A stretch of 61,436 nt of DNA, filler included, from Choristocarpus tenellus KU-1152 (lineage: Eukaryota > Protista > Phaeophyceae), in NCBI GenBank assembly GCA_964200185.2. It is 14 parts of 14 records of this genome, joined end to end, with 100 filler letters (N's around TTAATTAATTAA, not from the genome) between each part and the next. Parts side by side here need not be neighbours in the genome. Positions count along the whole stretch, not along the records: positions 34,073 to 38,927 come from CAXNAD020012780.1; positions 39,028 to 41,737 come from CAXNAD020025417.1; positions 41,838 to 45,088 come from CAXNAD020021259.1; positions 45,189 to 49,182 come from CAXNAD020016763.1; positions 49,283 to 57,881 come from CAXNAD020004546.1; 9 more parts are not named here. One strand, written 5' to 3'. Below, one piece after another: positions 38,244 to 51,241 of the stretch. The position numbers and the translations under genes are program-made. Each line of letters opens with the position of its first letter. Within the stretch, counting starts at the first letter, position 1. The notes beneath the pieces are model-generated. The model was not told the DNA's origin and did no database searches. It worked only from the letters and a program-made list of their open reading frames with translations.

Positions 38244-38455
38244 CTGGGTTTGTCTCGTCATAACATTTGGCGTAGAGATCGGATTTAAAAATAATTGCAT
38301 ATTCGTGATGCCCGTCACAAGGCCCTCCGGAATAGCGGCTTCGTGTTTTTTTCGGTTTTTACTTTTTTTATGAAAGAGCGCTCATATTGGGGTTCGAACC
38401 CGGATTGTAGGGCGCCAAGCGTGGGAACAGATGTACTTTTACTTGATTAAAGTAA
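38244..38455 (-). mobile_element. Right subterminal segment of TIR element C
   Basis: Reverse complement of about 25484-25700 and about 33102-33318. Confidence 0.85.
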
Positions 38456-38733
38456 ACCTGGTTAGGCCTAACCCTAAATGCCACCCAAACGAACGACCGA
38501 GGGAATGAATGTTAAACGTAAATGTAACTCTTGTCTCCATCTGCCACCAGGAATTCCAAATGTGCTGGGCGCCTATGAGACTTGCACCTCTTGTACTCCT
38601 TGTCGACTTCCGGTCCAGTGGGAGCCATCTCAAAGTAGACAAGGTAATGCGTGTACACCTTCTTGCAGTACGTTTGGACGAGCCAAACAGCCTGCCTATC
38701 CTCAGCTGGTTTCAAGGTCAAAGGGACGTTTTT

Positions 38734-38909
38734 GGCTTAAAGTATCTGGGGGGGTGGCTGGTGTCCATTTGGGGCCCATTTTCTCCATGTCGCAATTTTG
38801 GGTGATTTGGTTGCATACGTCGGATGGATAATGTAAGTGCACTTTTCCTGGTTTTGGTCAAATGGACACCCTGGTGTAGACCCCCCACCCCCCACAGATA
38901 CTTTGGGTC
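38734..38909 (+). mobile_element. MITE family B, full length
   Basis: GGCTTAAAGTATCTGGGGGGG ... CAGATACTTTGGGTC, flanked by T-runs on both sides. Confidence 0.92.
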
Positions 38910-39657
38910 TTTTCTGAGCCCGTCTAANNNNNNNNNNNNNNNNNNNNNNNNNNNNNNNNNNNNNNNNNNNNTTAATTAATTAANNNNNNNNNNNNNNNNN
39001 NNNNNNNNNNNNNNNNNNNNNNNNNNNAAAAAAAACCCCCCCCCTTTTACTAAACAGAAAAAAAAAAAAAAAAAAATATTTATAGACCTTCCACCGAATT
39101 AATCACCCCCCCCCCCCCCCCCCTCCCGTCACACAACAAAAGTACACAAAAAGTATATATATATATATATTTATCCATCACACACACACACACACAACGG
39201 GGGGCCAAAAAAAGGCACTGGCTATATATATATATATGTATATTATATATATATATAACCAAGGTAAAGACAGGTTTCAGGTTTCCACACGCACAGGCGT
39301 TGGTTGGCATTCGACAGAGAGACATTCATTCCGTTCCGCTCCCACCCATCCCGGATACCTATCACCTATCACCTATCGAGCATTTCAAAGGGCAAATCGG
39401 ATGTGACACTTGATTCAGGAGAAACGCACACAGGGTTTCGACCGGCGGCAACGCCTCATGGGGGATAAGAAACCCACTCTATCGATCTATAACCTCACCG
39501 GAGTTTCTTCTACCCATCAACAAAAAATATATTTAAAAAAATAAAAATAATAAAAACAAAAAAAACGTTTTTCCCCACCGGGGCTCGAAAATAAAATATG
39601 AAATCCGGTGCCTCTTTTATATTTTTTTTCAGTTAGGTGGACCGGCAGACCCCTGCC

Positions 39658-39704
39658 CTGGACTGGACTGGACTGGACTGGACTGGACTGGACTGGACTG
39701 GACT
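39658..39704. repeat. (GGACT)n pentanucleotide microsatellite
   Basis: About nine perfect units. Confidence 0.95.
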
Positions 39705-40026
39705 AGGTGACTGGGGGGGCCAAGCAAGGTTGTCGAGATCGTTCCTATGAAGAGCGGTTCGTGTGTGTGGGATTTAAATTGTGTATTGCACAAATGTTGC
39801 TTGTGATTCGGCTAGAGAGTGCGTGCCGGGGTGGTGTGACACTCAAACACTCGCCAAGTACAGGATTATGTTGGGGTTTTTTGCCGACTCTTGAAGGTTT
39901 CATTCAAGGTTTCATTCAAGGTTTCACCAAATTAATTATTTTTAATTCTCTTACAAATATATATATACATAAATATATTTATATATATATTTCTTTCCTT
40001 CCTCTGCCGACCCCCAAGTCTGTGAG

Positions 40027-40207
40027 CTATGAATCCATCCACCCTCTGGGCTGTACAGAATTCCTCCAGAGTTTTATTACGATTGCCCCCCTCATACTGC
40101 CGTCAGATAATTCGCCAACCCGCTTGAGATCATCCCTTGACAACGACGCTACTCTCACTGCCCTTAGAAGTAGCTCAGCTATAACCGCCCAGGCCTCCTC
40201 TCCTCGA
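40027..40207 (-). CDS. Possible terminal exon, unknown protein
   Basis: CTAACAG acceptor, then RGEEAWAVIAELLLRAVRVASLSRDDLKRVGEL...QPRGWMDS*. Confidence 0.4.
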
Positions 40208-40429
40208 CTGTTAGATTATTTCTGTTTCTTTTTCTTTTTCTTCCCCACTTTGGACACAATTGACACAATTGACACAATTGATCATCTTGATAGACACGGT
40301 CTCTAAGGAACAGGAACACCTCACATGGGCAAGATCAAGTCTTGCTGTGCAGAACATACCAAATTGCCCCCTTCTACATCCTTTTTTTAAAATTTTATAT
40401 ATTTTCGAGAGATCTACAATAAAGTTATA

Positions 40430-40741
40430 GTCTCATTGAAAGAGTAAAATAAAGTTCAACACAAAAGTGATATTGTCTCATTGAAAGAGTAAAATAAAGT
40501 TCAACACAAAAGTGATATTGTCTCATTGAAAGAGTAAAATAAAGTTCAACACAAAAGTGATATTGTCTCATTGAAAGAGTAAAATAAAGTCCAACACAAA
40601 AGTGATATTGTCTCATTGAAAGAGTAAAATAAAGTTCAACACAAAAGTGATGTCTCATTGAAAGAGTAAAATAAAGTCCAACACAAAAGTGATATTGTCT
40701 CATTGAAAGAGTAAAATAAAGTTCAACACAAAAGTGATAAT
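40430..40741. repeat. 45-bp minisatellite, seven copies
   Basis: Unit GTCTCATTGAAAGAGTAAAATAAAGTTCAACACAAAAGTGATATT. One unit lacks 3 bp and two carry a T>C change. No spacers. Confidence 0.97.
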
Positions 40742-40800
40742 TTCAAATCGACGACGCCTTGCTCTTACGTTGAAAACATGTCACACAAATGGTATATTCA

Positions 40801-40831
<31 letters not shown>

Positions 40832-41421
40832 GCATTGAATATCACTACTTATTTTAATTTCATTATTGTATCTTAATATCAATATTGTATTTAATATCAT
40901 TATTGTATTTAATACCAAATGATAATACGTCAGATAGTGTCTGACACAAAACAAGTGCCTCCATCAAGACGTGTCGTGCATTTCAAGCTGGAGACCACAG
41001 GGAGATGGGCAAGGAGGGGCCTATCAGATTCTTGGGATATTCCCTAACTCCTCACCCTGTGGTGTAGGACTAAGCTAGGTTGGAGGCATAGCAGGGGAGT
41101 GGTGTAGTACAGGTGGTTATCAAATAGTAAATATATTTTGGACAGAAGATATCTTTCATATTCACGACAAATACTGTTTCTTTTACAGGCGTCCTTGCGA
41201 TATTGAATTGACTTTTTGCTCTAAAACATCCATGTTCGGAAAACACTTGAGGAAATTTGATAGCAACATTTCTTGCCCAGGACAACAATCATGGTCATTT
41301 ACTCTAGAAAGTGCATTGTCTGTACAAAACCCTTTGTTGTGTACACAGCTTCTCTATTCCTTAAAAATGTAGTAAAGTCGTGTAACGCAGGCACTACGCC
41401 GTCCAAGGTGTGCAATTTTTT

Positions 41422-41456
41422 CCCTAACCCTAACCCTAACCCTAACCCTAACCCTA
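41422..41456. repeat. Interstitial telomere-type (CCCTAA)n tract
   Basis: About six units. A longer (TTAGGG)n tract is at about 42470-42530, and there are many short ones elsewhere. Confidence 0.93.
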
Positions 41457-41952
41457 TCTCCCAGTAGGAACTACCTCTGTCACGGCAGCATCAGTAGCAG
41501 TACTGTTGAAGTATTGCACACCTTGAATAAAGAAACACTTGTGTAACCCTAACCCTAACCTTCAAGCATTACACACGACAAAACACTACTTTTCAGAAGA
41601 GTTGTCAACCGAGAGACGTATGACTATAATTGGTTCAGCTCTTGACGGTAACGTGCCAACTAACACAGAAATCTTGTAGTGATTCCCCCCCACCCCACCC
41701 CCAAAATGAGAGACTGGGGTAAGGGTATAGTCTCCCCNNNNNNNNNNNNNNNNNNNNNNNNNNNNNNNNNNNNNNNNNNNNTTAATTAATTAANNNNNNN
41801 NNNNNNNNNNNNNNNNNNNNNNNNNNNNNNNNNNNNNGGGAAGATAGGGAAAGGGAGCTACTGCAGTTGACGTGTTGTTGTGACTGGGAAACAAATGTGC
41901 ACTACCTTGTGCGCTGTAACGGAATGAATCTAACTTCAACCCTTGGCTGCAG

Positions 41953-43258
41953 ATGGCTATGAAGAAGAGGAGGGAAGAGGAAGAGGAACCTGTACATGTC
42001 TCAGAAGCGGTGGCGGCTATACCAACACAAGAGCCTAGTGCAGCTGAGGGGAGGGGTGGTGAGGGGGAGGAGGTGGATGTTGGGGCTGAGACAGGGGCTG
42101 AGGAAGGTGTGTAGTGTGATGGGTAAGGCTGGCCAGATGTACGGTTACGTGGATCAGGGTAATTGGATTTTTTTTGAAGGAGTGGTGGTGTTGGAGGTGA
42201 GGTGTAGGCTCACGTATGATCTGTTCTAATTTGTGTTTGTTGGAAGAGCAGAAGCGAATGGTGTTGGGTTTTTTTGACAGTGTAATGTTAGACTCTTGGT
42301 GTCAATCTTGGATCCATTAACAGAGTGAGGTATTGTATCTATGTTGAAAGATTGCATTTTATTTTTTAAGCACTGTCGTCGGCATTTCGTTCCTAGTAAC
42401 CAAGGTGTAATTTTAGTACAGACTACCAATGCTGTTGACTGGTTGGTCTTGGTGGTAATTTAATGCTTTGTTAGGGTTAGTGTTAGCGTTAGGGTTAGGG
42501 TTAGGGTTAGGGTTAGGGTTAGGGTTAGGGAAAGGGAAAGGTTCGGCTTTTGATCAAGAGTTGATTTTGTTGTAAACTCAGAGCGTATTGTATCTTGGTA
42601 ATTGAACTTTGTCTTGAAATCAATTTTGGAGTGGTGGAACTGGTGTTTCTCATTAGACTTCTGGTAGAGGAGTCCTTTGTGAGGAGAACCCTTCGTGATT
42701 TTTTTTTGATTTTGGTGAAAAAAAGAGACCGGCTCTTTTGTTCAACCTTTGAGAAAAAACAGGTGTCCGCACTTCAATAGGAATGATCTGTAGCAGCATG
42801 GGGGCGATTTTTCCTGATGTGCTACTGTTGCCTGATGGTGCATTGATAAAATCGGTTGATGTGTCATCATTTATATATTTATATATATTTACATATACTT
42901 GTCTATGTGAGGAGGATTATGCCTTTGAAGACTTCATGATGGAAGCCATTGGCTATTTCTTGAGGTGTTGAGGGCAGGGATGTAAACATAGACAAGAATT
43001 GTGCAGGCTGCCAACTTTTTTTTTTTGAAACAAAATCAGAGATACGTGTTGGTTAGATATGGGGGGGTCAGCGGGATGACGTGATAGTCTTAAGGTATGT
43101 CACTGGTGGTGTAAATTGGATGTATTATACCAACATAAGCTTTGTTCACACTCATAATGTACCGCTGACTGAAATGCACACTGTTGACATCCCGGGTTGA
43201 GGAGTATCAGACCAATTCTGATTTCGATTCTGACGAAATAGTTTTTTTGATGTTTTGC

Positions 43259-43291
<33 letters not shown>

Positions 43292-43766
43292 CTGCCCCCC
43301 CAAGAGACGGAGGGAGGGCACGCACGCCCCCCCCCCCCCCCCCCCNNNNNNNNNNTTTTTTTTTTTTTTTTCTTCCCCCCCCCCCCCCCCCCCATGATTT
43401 CTGAAGAGAACGACTCGGGAGTAGCATGTGTCCCCCACCCATCTCTTCCTACGTCTGTTCTTCCAGGGTCATCTCTAGATGGAACTGGCTGCACTGCCTT
43501 GTTTTTTGTTGTGGAAATAATAGCTTCAGGATTGAAGCCCTCCTCCCACGTCCCCTGTGCGTTATCTTCTCCTCTCTGCAAATGTCTTCAAATGTCTTAA
43601 TCTTTTGATGGAACAGGTACAAGACACCCATCCCTACTTCGTGTACGGTCGATGATGAAGAGTGCCGGCGACAAGATTGCAGCGGACTTGGCCAGCATTG
43701 ACCTCACCCGCCTAAAGGTGAAACGAGCATGCAGTGCCAGTAGCGTAATGCAAGAGTTGTCTCAAG
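41953..43766 (+). CDS. Two phase-compatible exons of an unknown protein (41953-42106; 43617-43717 or 43766)
   Basis: MAMKKRREEEEEPVHVSEAV...GAEE|GTRHPSLLRVRSMMKSAGDKIAADLASIDLTRLK, with CAG acceptors, GT donors and a phase-1 junction. A small N gap lies inside the intron. Confidence 0.45.
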
Positions 43767-45742
43767 GTTAGGGTTAGGTTTAGCGTTAGGGTTCTCGTCA
43801 CGGAGGGAAACCGACTCGTGCATTTTGAACAGACTTTATATATATATTTATATTTATATTTATATTTATATATATATATATATATATTTTTTTTGTCGTG
43901 TTGGTTGTTTCTGTGCATGCATAATAAGTAAATACTTCAAACCACGGGGTGGTAAGAGTGAAGTGCGTTTAAAAAAAAAGAGGCCAATCCGATGCAGTCC
44001 GTATCTGTTGCTGAGAGTTTGTTGCAAACAGTTTGACAGGATCGCAATGATGCAGAGGAACGAGGAGTAGAGTAGATGAAACGAGCCTTTTTTGAAAAGA
44101 AGACTTGCACTAAACGGAATGGTGTTTGGGTTGCAGCGGACCAATAGGGAGGGGCCCTACGATTTGGTTCATGCTGCAGCCTCTCCTACCACACTCAATG
44201 TTTTCAGTGCCCATGGTGGTGATACCGACTTTCTCTCTTCAACGTGGTTTTTAAAAATGGTACATGTATATAGATAGAGAGGAATCAACCAGGAATAGCC
44301 AGCCCAGGTTGTTCATCCCACCTTCTTGTTGGGTGTGCTTATACTCCTGAGGTGTAATGTTAAGCTACTGTTGTGTATCCTTGTACTTTCATGGTTTTAT
44401 TTTTTTTATGGTGCAATACGGCATACTTTTTTGTATTAATTTTGCATTAATTTGTATTAATTTTTAATTCAGATTTTCATTTTTTTCCCGTTTAATGAGG
44501 AGGACAGGTAGGCTGTTGTAAGGGCATTCATTTCCTTCTACTTCCGGAAGGTTACGGATTTTGAGTTTGGATAGTTGGCCAATGGCGATGCCCCCACCAG
44601 TTGTGTCGGTGTGATCAGAGGTTAGGCTCCTCTACAGGTTTCCATGCAGCTCTCCCTTGTCATCACTGTTGATGTATAGTATTGGCAAGTGCTAAGGCCG
44701 TGTATGACATTGAGGTATAACTTCCACTTGTCCTGCAGAAGTAGTGGCATTTAGTCAAATGGTAGGGAGGACACCGTGTTGTGTTGTTGATGGTGCAGGC
44801 TGGTCTTATTCCCAATATTCATCAGCTTACAAAGTCATGCACCGCTTTTTTAGTGGACAGTTTGTGCAGGAAACAACTACTCGGTGGCAAACTGTTACTT
44901 GTACTACCTGGTATACCCCATTTTGACACAATATGGAATCGTTTTTTTGTCGGAATGTTGCGGTACAAGCGTGTATCCATCTTATTGGCTCGATGTTGCA
45001 GATGGGCTAATTTTTTTTTTTGTATCAATCTTGGTTTGTTCCATAGCTTCCCCTACCCTCCCATGTGTCTATGTTCCTGTTGTTATTGNNNNNNNNNNNN
45101 NNNNNNNNNNNNNNNNNNNNNNNNNNNNNNNNTTAATTAATTAANNNNNNNNNNNNNNNNNNNNNNNNNNNNNNNNNNNNNNNNNNNNCCCACATTTGAT
45201 GACCAACCAGTGCGAATGCCCTTCCTCAATGCTTGCCAGCCATCCCCCCCCACCTTTCAACTCACACAAGTTACCACTCCCCTCAACCCCACAGCAGTTC
45301 TCACACCACTCAACACCACTCCACAATCATCCAAGAACACCACTTCATGATCCACTTCAAACCGTGCCTTTGAGCTAGAAGACATCTACCCCGCCGGAAC
45401 TTGACCTCCCCTTCCCCCCCCTTTCCCAGTGTTCCCGTCGTTCGTGAGCAAGCGACGGGGTGGGTGGGCGGGAGACGCTTGCTCGGAGGCTGCCTTGGTC
45501 TCCCCTCCTCGTCTTGTACCCCTGGTCTTCGTTCGTATTATCACTGACTGGATGCTGATCTTCCCCTTATCAACGACTCATTTCCATTAACCCTTTCTTC
45601 CCTTCCTTAACTATTCGTTCTCTTCCTCCTTCTTTTTCTTTCCCCTGCCCACGCTTGTCCTGTGCCCCCAGCCAACCAGAATTCTTCCGCCCACAAAACT
45701 CAGATTACTTCATAAACTCTAACCTTACACTGACAATGTGTA

Positions 45743-46033
45743 TGGTTTTCATTGGTTTCCCCCTTACACATCTGTAAAATAAATGTCAGAGGGCATAATA
45801 ATAACATAAATATTCACTATCAATACACTCCCTAAAAAACACTAATACAACCACAAATACACTCGTTCATATATTATCTACACTACACGAATTAGAATGA
45901 AGGACAGTAACTATCACGATCCTCTTCAACAACAGTCAATGCCACATATCCGTCAAGATCCCTAATAATATATATTATTATGCCCTCTGACGTTTTTTTA
46001 CACATGTGTAAGGGGGGAAACCAATGAAAACTA
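45743..46033. mobile_element. MITE family D (about 290 bp, long TIRs)
   Basis: GTTTTCATTGGTTTCCCCCTTACACAT...GTCAGAGGGCATAATAATA is inverted at 45973-46033. A second terminus is at 57821-57881. Confidence 0.85.
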
Positions 46034-48435
46034 TTAACGAAGTAAAATATGTCACAAATAAATGTTAGAAACACTAATCTATTTGTTATTTCGCTATCTA
46101 TGTTGCACCACTGCCTTCCCGTGCCTCCAATCTACCTATTCCTGTATCCCAGGGTGAGGTTGGACCCGAATCATTCAAGAACAACCGTTTTTTTAGGTAA
46201 AAACAGAGACGCCTACGCCATCCATATGTTAGTACCAAGTTCATACAATCTGTTGATTGGCGAACTTGACTTGCTGTGATACATTGATTGACACCCATAT
46301 CATTAATACGACTTCATACCTATTATCGTTCCTAACAACTCTTTAATAAACAAGGTTTGGAGAATCAATTGTTAATGACCGTTCTCCTGCCTCTCACTCT
46401 TGCTAAGAAAAGGTAGTATTAACAGTGTTAAAGAGTAACTAGAAAATTATAGTCCGTCCCTAGTTCTTTCGCCAGGTTTTGAATGGTCTTACTACTACTA
46501 CTACTAATATTCTACTATAACAAATAAAAACAACTCACAAGATGATCTAATCATCATGATGCATAGTGTGGTACATTGCTTCTTGTTTTTTACGCTACTA
46601 TGCTACTATATTAATAATAATATATAAAAATATATTTCTGTTTTGAGTTATAATGGATATTATATGTTACCTAGTTTTGAAGGAGTTTGTCCCCAAGTAT
46701 GTGAGAAGTATACTGTTTGGTGTTGTTTGGTGTTACGCCATCTGTACTGTTTGTGTTGTCTACAAGTTTCAACACCAATCAATGAAAACCTTGTCTGTTG
46801 TGGTGTTGTGTTCCCTTGAATGTTAGTTATTCTACCTAACCCACATGCTAACATCTTCTACAATGTCAACGGCCAAAATATACCTGTGCACGGTACCGGG
46901 AGAGAGATCTATTACCTGCGGATCCGAATTTGGCCGGCAGATACGACAGACTCCTGGATCCCTCCATTTTCTATAGTATAGAGTAGATCGACCATTGAAA
47001 ATGGTATTTCTTCAATCTGTACCCGCATGGATGCATATCCTGACTCTTTGTTACTATCTGCACGTAACATTTTAACGACTGACTGTTATTGTATAACAGG
47101 GTCTTCGCCGTGACCTTTTACTGCATTCATACAGGATAATATATATTTTTTTGTTTTATGTTGTGCCGTGGTTTGTTTTGTCTACCCCCTCACAACGTCT
47201 CCAGATATTCACAATGCTTCAAAATAATTGCACAAGGTATACTGTTGCTGTTTGTGTTTCGAGATGGTATAGCTGTTCAATAACTAACTACAGGAGGTAC
47301 CCTAATGTGGAAAATCCAATATTTCTTCATCATAATGCTTTAAAGCAATCTAACCAGTGGACAATGTCAGTGGTGGAACTTCAGCGCCCACATAATACAT
47401 CATACATACATCTTGGTAGAGGTGGCAGTAATCCTATTGTCTGCATTACCAATATTCTGACTATTGTTGTTATTGTTGCAGCACCAGATTGTTACAGGTA
47501 GAAAAGAGAAAATCATTCATAGGTGTTTTTTGCTCTACTTTTGAAGGTTAAGAAGGTTGCCTGTAACGGTTGCAGCAGGTATTATACATACGATTACAGC
47601 TATGCTTACTATGTTAAAGGTGCTTTACAGTGTTGTCCCTCTTCTTTACATTGAATCGTCGTTAGGGTGACAAAAAATAACGACCTGGTCCTCAAGAGTT
47701 GAAGAAGTCACCACAGGAGGAACGGAGTTGATATCGACACCAACCACTTTCGCCTGTTATGTGAACACTGTTCTGAGTGAGTTCTTGTGACACGGTGCAA
47801 TTGATATCAAAATACTCAGGACTGCAGAAGGAGAGACCATGAGGATTTGTGTTTTGTGAAGTGTATGGGAATTCAAACATGTAGAAGACAAGGGGGGCTT
47901 TGATAGAGGGCAACGCCCCTCAGGTCACTTGTTGTGTGGTTTGGGTTGGATCATGGTGTGCAGGGTGCTACTCAAGGCTGGTAAGGGGTAGGGCGGCTGT
48001 GAGAAGGTATTTATTTATTATGGAGAAGGCCAGTAAACCCATTTAGGAAGAGCCAACCCTGAAAACGGGTCAGTTCATAATCTCTTATTCCTACTTGGTT
48101 TGGAACCTATTAATTGCCATGCTTGTTGGTTGGAGTAATTGCTGGCGGTTAAACATACAGACAAGACAAAAAAAAGTAGAATAATCGTAGTGTCCAGTCC
48201 TGTGGTGAAGCAAAACCTATGAAATGCGTACCAGGAAACACTTGATTGAAGAGGTTTTTCAAGGTGAAGGGGTGTGTGAGATGATGTTAATGACATTCCT
48301 CGCCGACACTGATCATTTCAATGCATGTTTTATGCCAAGTACAGATTCATGGTGGTGCTAAGAAGTATGATTGTGACTATGTGGTCCCTGTGTGTTCCCT
48401 GCCAATCAAATAACTGTTTGGTGCATATAACACGT

Positions 48436-48689
48436 GAGTGAAAGTATCTTAGAGGGTACGAGTTTTTTACCTGTTTGTTCATTTGGGACTTGGCTTCCCA
48501 TGGGTTTTTTTTAATGACCTTTACCTACTCCAAAATGTTTAGGAGTAGGTAAAATGTATACGTTATGAAATGGTGTGTGCAGAACATGGATATTGACACT
48601 TCCTAACAAACACGATAGCGAAAATTACAGCAACATTGGATTTTGGTCCCAAAATGGACGCGGCTCTACCCTCTAAGATAATTTGGCTC
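48436..48689 (+). mobile_element. MITE family A, full length
   Basis: GAGTGAAAGTATCTTAGAGGGTA ... TACCCTCTAAGATAATTTGGCTC, flanks CGT/CGG. Confidence 0.92.
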
Positions 48690-49125
48690 CGGCTACATAC
48701 ATTCTGTATGCTCATGTGTGGACAATACTGAGTATGATTGGTGGAATTCCATCCTCCACCCAAAAATAATTAATCCAACCTTGCCTTCACACAATATTAC
48801 TGCCCTGTTTAAGCCTGAACTAGACTTGGTTACCCACTACACCACAATACCCACCATGTAAATATATTCCTTCCTCAAAGTGCTAGAGACCCTCATATCC
48901 CTACTCAAACACATCACATGTATTTGCACCATCCACCCTCCTAATCTTTGTTCATCATACAATGTTCTATTTAGCATAAAAAGAGGTGGCTCTACTGTAT
49001 TATGTTGTGGGTGTTCTATATCCAGCACGATCAACTGTAGAGTTACAGATAATTCACTCATAAGTCTCTGGCAACGTAACAGACCCAATAGGTGATGCCT
49101 GTCGAGCTCCAAAATGCCTGCTTCA

Positions 49126-49182
49126 GGCTCAAAGTATCTGGGAGGGGGTGGCGACTGTCCATTTGGGGTCAATTTTTTCATG
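49126..49182 (+). mobile_element. MITE family B left part at contig end
   Basis: GGCTCAAAGTATCTGGGAGGGGGTGGCGACTGTCCATTTGGGGTC. Confidence 0.85.
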
Positions 49183-51241
49183 NNNNNNNNNNNNNNNNNN
49201 NNNNNNNNNNNNNNNNNNNNNNNNNNTTAATTAATTAANNNNNNNNNNNNNNNNNNNNNNNNNNNNNNNNNNNNNNNNNNNNCAAAAAAACCGACCCACC
49301 AAAAACAAAAAAAAAGAAGGGGCGAGATAAGGAGAGGGGAGAGAGGGGGGGGGGGGGGGGGGGGGGGAGTTTTTAATACTGAACCCCTTGAGCATTGAGA
49401 AAATTAACTTCATACCTTCCGCAGCTTAAGGCAGCATCAATGTCAAGAAGCACGAAAGCAGTAGGGTACAGCTGAGAATATCCAACTACGGAGTACAGCA
49501 TCAGTACAATTTCAGTACAGGCGAGGAAAAGTGGTGTAACGCATAAGCAAAAAAATTAAAAAAAGGAGTTGGAAGGGGATGGACCTACCCTTTTTGAGTT
49601 TTAAAAAAAAGTCAAGGAATCACACTCATCACCAAAATAAACAAAAGAGGACTCAATTTAAAAAATACAAACAAAAATGAAAAGAGTATACAATCTATCG
49701 CTCAACTCTTCATAAATAATACGAATGTAATAATCCTTCAAAAATAAACAAAAAAAAATGTGTACAGCACGGTGCACTCCTCTACAGCAAAAATCGTAAC
49801 TCATAACAAAAAATGATTTTAAAACAAAAATAACCAGTAGTAATACATCCGAACCGTAACAAGAAGGTAGTCCAAAAAAAAAGAACATATTTATTCTATT
49901 CTAAGAGATAACGCATCAAAATTAAAAATAGTATATACACCACTAAAATAAAAAGCAAATGCAATTATACATCGGAACCATAAGAACAAGAAGGCAGTAA
50001 AAAAGACAGAACCATCTTCTCTCGTTATGAATGAAAGGTAAACAATACGTTCAGCATACATAATAAAACCTAAACCTAACAAAAAAACATGTACCCCATC
50101 AGAACCACAACCACAAGAATACAGTCTACACAACCCCTGTTGGTAGTTGCTAGGAATAGAACGTCAGCAATAGTGATGCAGGCATCAAAACTCCAATCCC
50201 AACTCATCAACCACCCCACAGCACCTCCAATACCCTTGTAGCGCTTCTTTAAAAAAGCTAGCTTCTAATCATAATCCTCATATACACATCCTTCAAAGAA
50301 CATAGATACAGAGAGCAAAAACCATCCTCCCCACACCTCAACCATCCTTCCCACACATCAACCCCGATTCAAATCCAATCAAATCCCTACCTCTAATCCT
50401 CCTAAATAACACACCACGCAATTCTAAGCATACTTAAAGTACCTATGCTAAAGATAGTGTCGAGGATCATAGCGACTGAATCAATCCAACAATAATCGAC
50501 ATCAATATATATATAGGGTGTCTTCCAATCGGTTCCGATCTCCTAGGCGCGTGTCTGTGTGCAAAGTATACTTTGGTAGAAATCCCCTGCCGTTAGCCTT
50601 GCACTTTTCACCACTTTGTGTGCTTGGCTTCATTTGTGCAACATGTGCCCACTCTTGACTCTAACCAACTACATCAAAAGCCTTAGAGAGTCCATCCTAA
50701 CCAAAACTCACCGTACCTTTTTTTTAATCACAACACTTAATGGACAACACGTACAAGTTAAAACTCCCAGCACCTCACCCTCCTCAATCCTGAAATTAAA
50801 TCTGACCCAAAAACTTCCAAGTGATGCCATTACTAAGGCAATAGGTGACGTTGCAAAGGCAAATACACCCCCATTGGCTCACTGAGATAAATAGGTTAAA
50901 TATGTCCAGTTCCTCTGTTCAACGTAAGTTCAAACACTTTGCATGGATGAAGAAAAAAAAATCAAACTGAGGCTGAACAGAGGCAGTGAACAAGTGAGTT
51001 GGATATTTTGGATTCACGATATGTGTATCATCCCACGTCCCTTAACCCTCAATCTCAACACGACTCCTAAACGTAACCCTAACCCTGAATTATTGAAAAT
51101 TACCCTTCTCACAAGGTTCGTGGCACTTACAAATCTCGTCATAACCTGGCACAAATGAAGTAAAAATTCCTTACACCCCACTAGCACTGCATTAAGCCTG
51201 ATCTTAACCCCCAACCACAATTGCAAAATGCCGTTTCTCAC

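Noticed and set aside
40430-40741. CRISPR array
   Set aside because: Units are contiguous with no unique spacers, there are no cas genes, and the context is eukaryotic.
42470-42530. True chromosome end
   Set aside because: A short tract in the middle of a contig with unique sequence on both sides.
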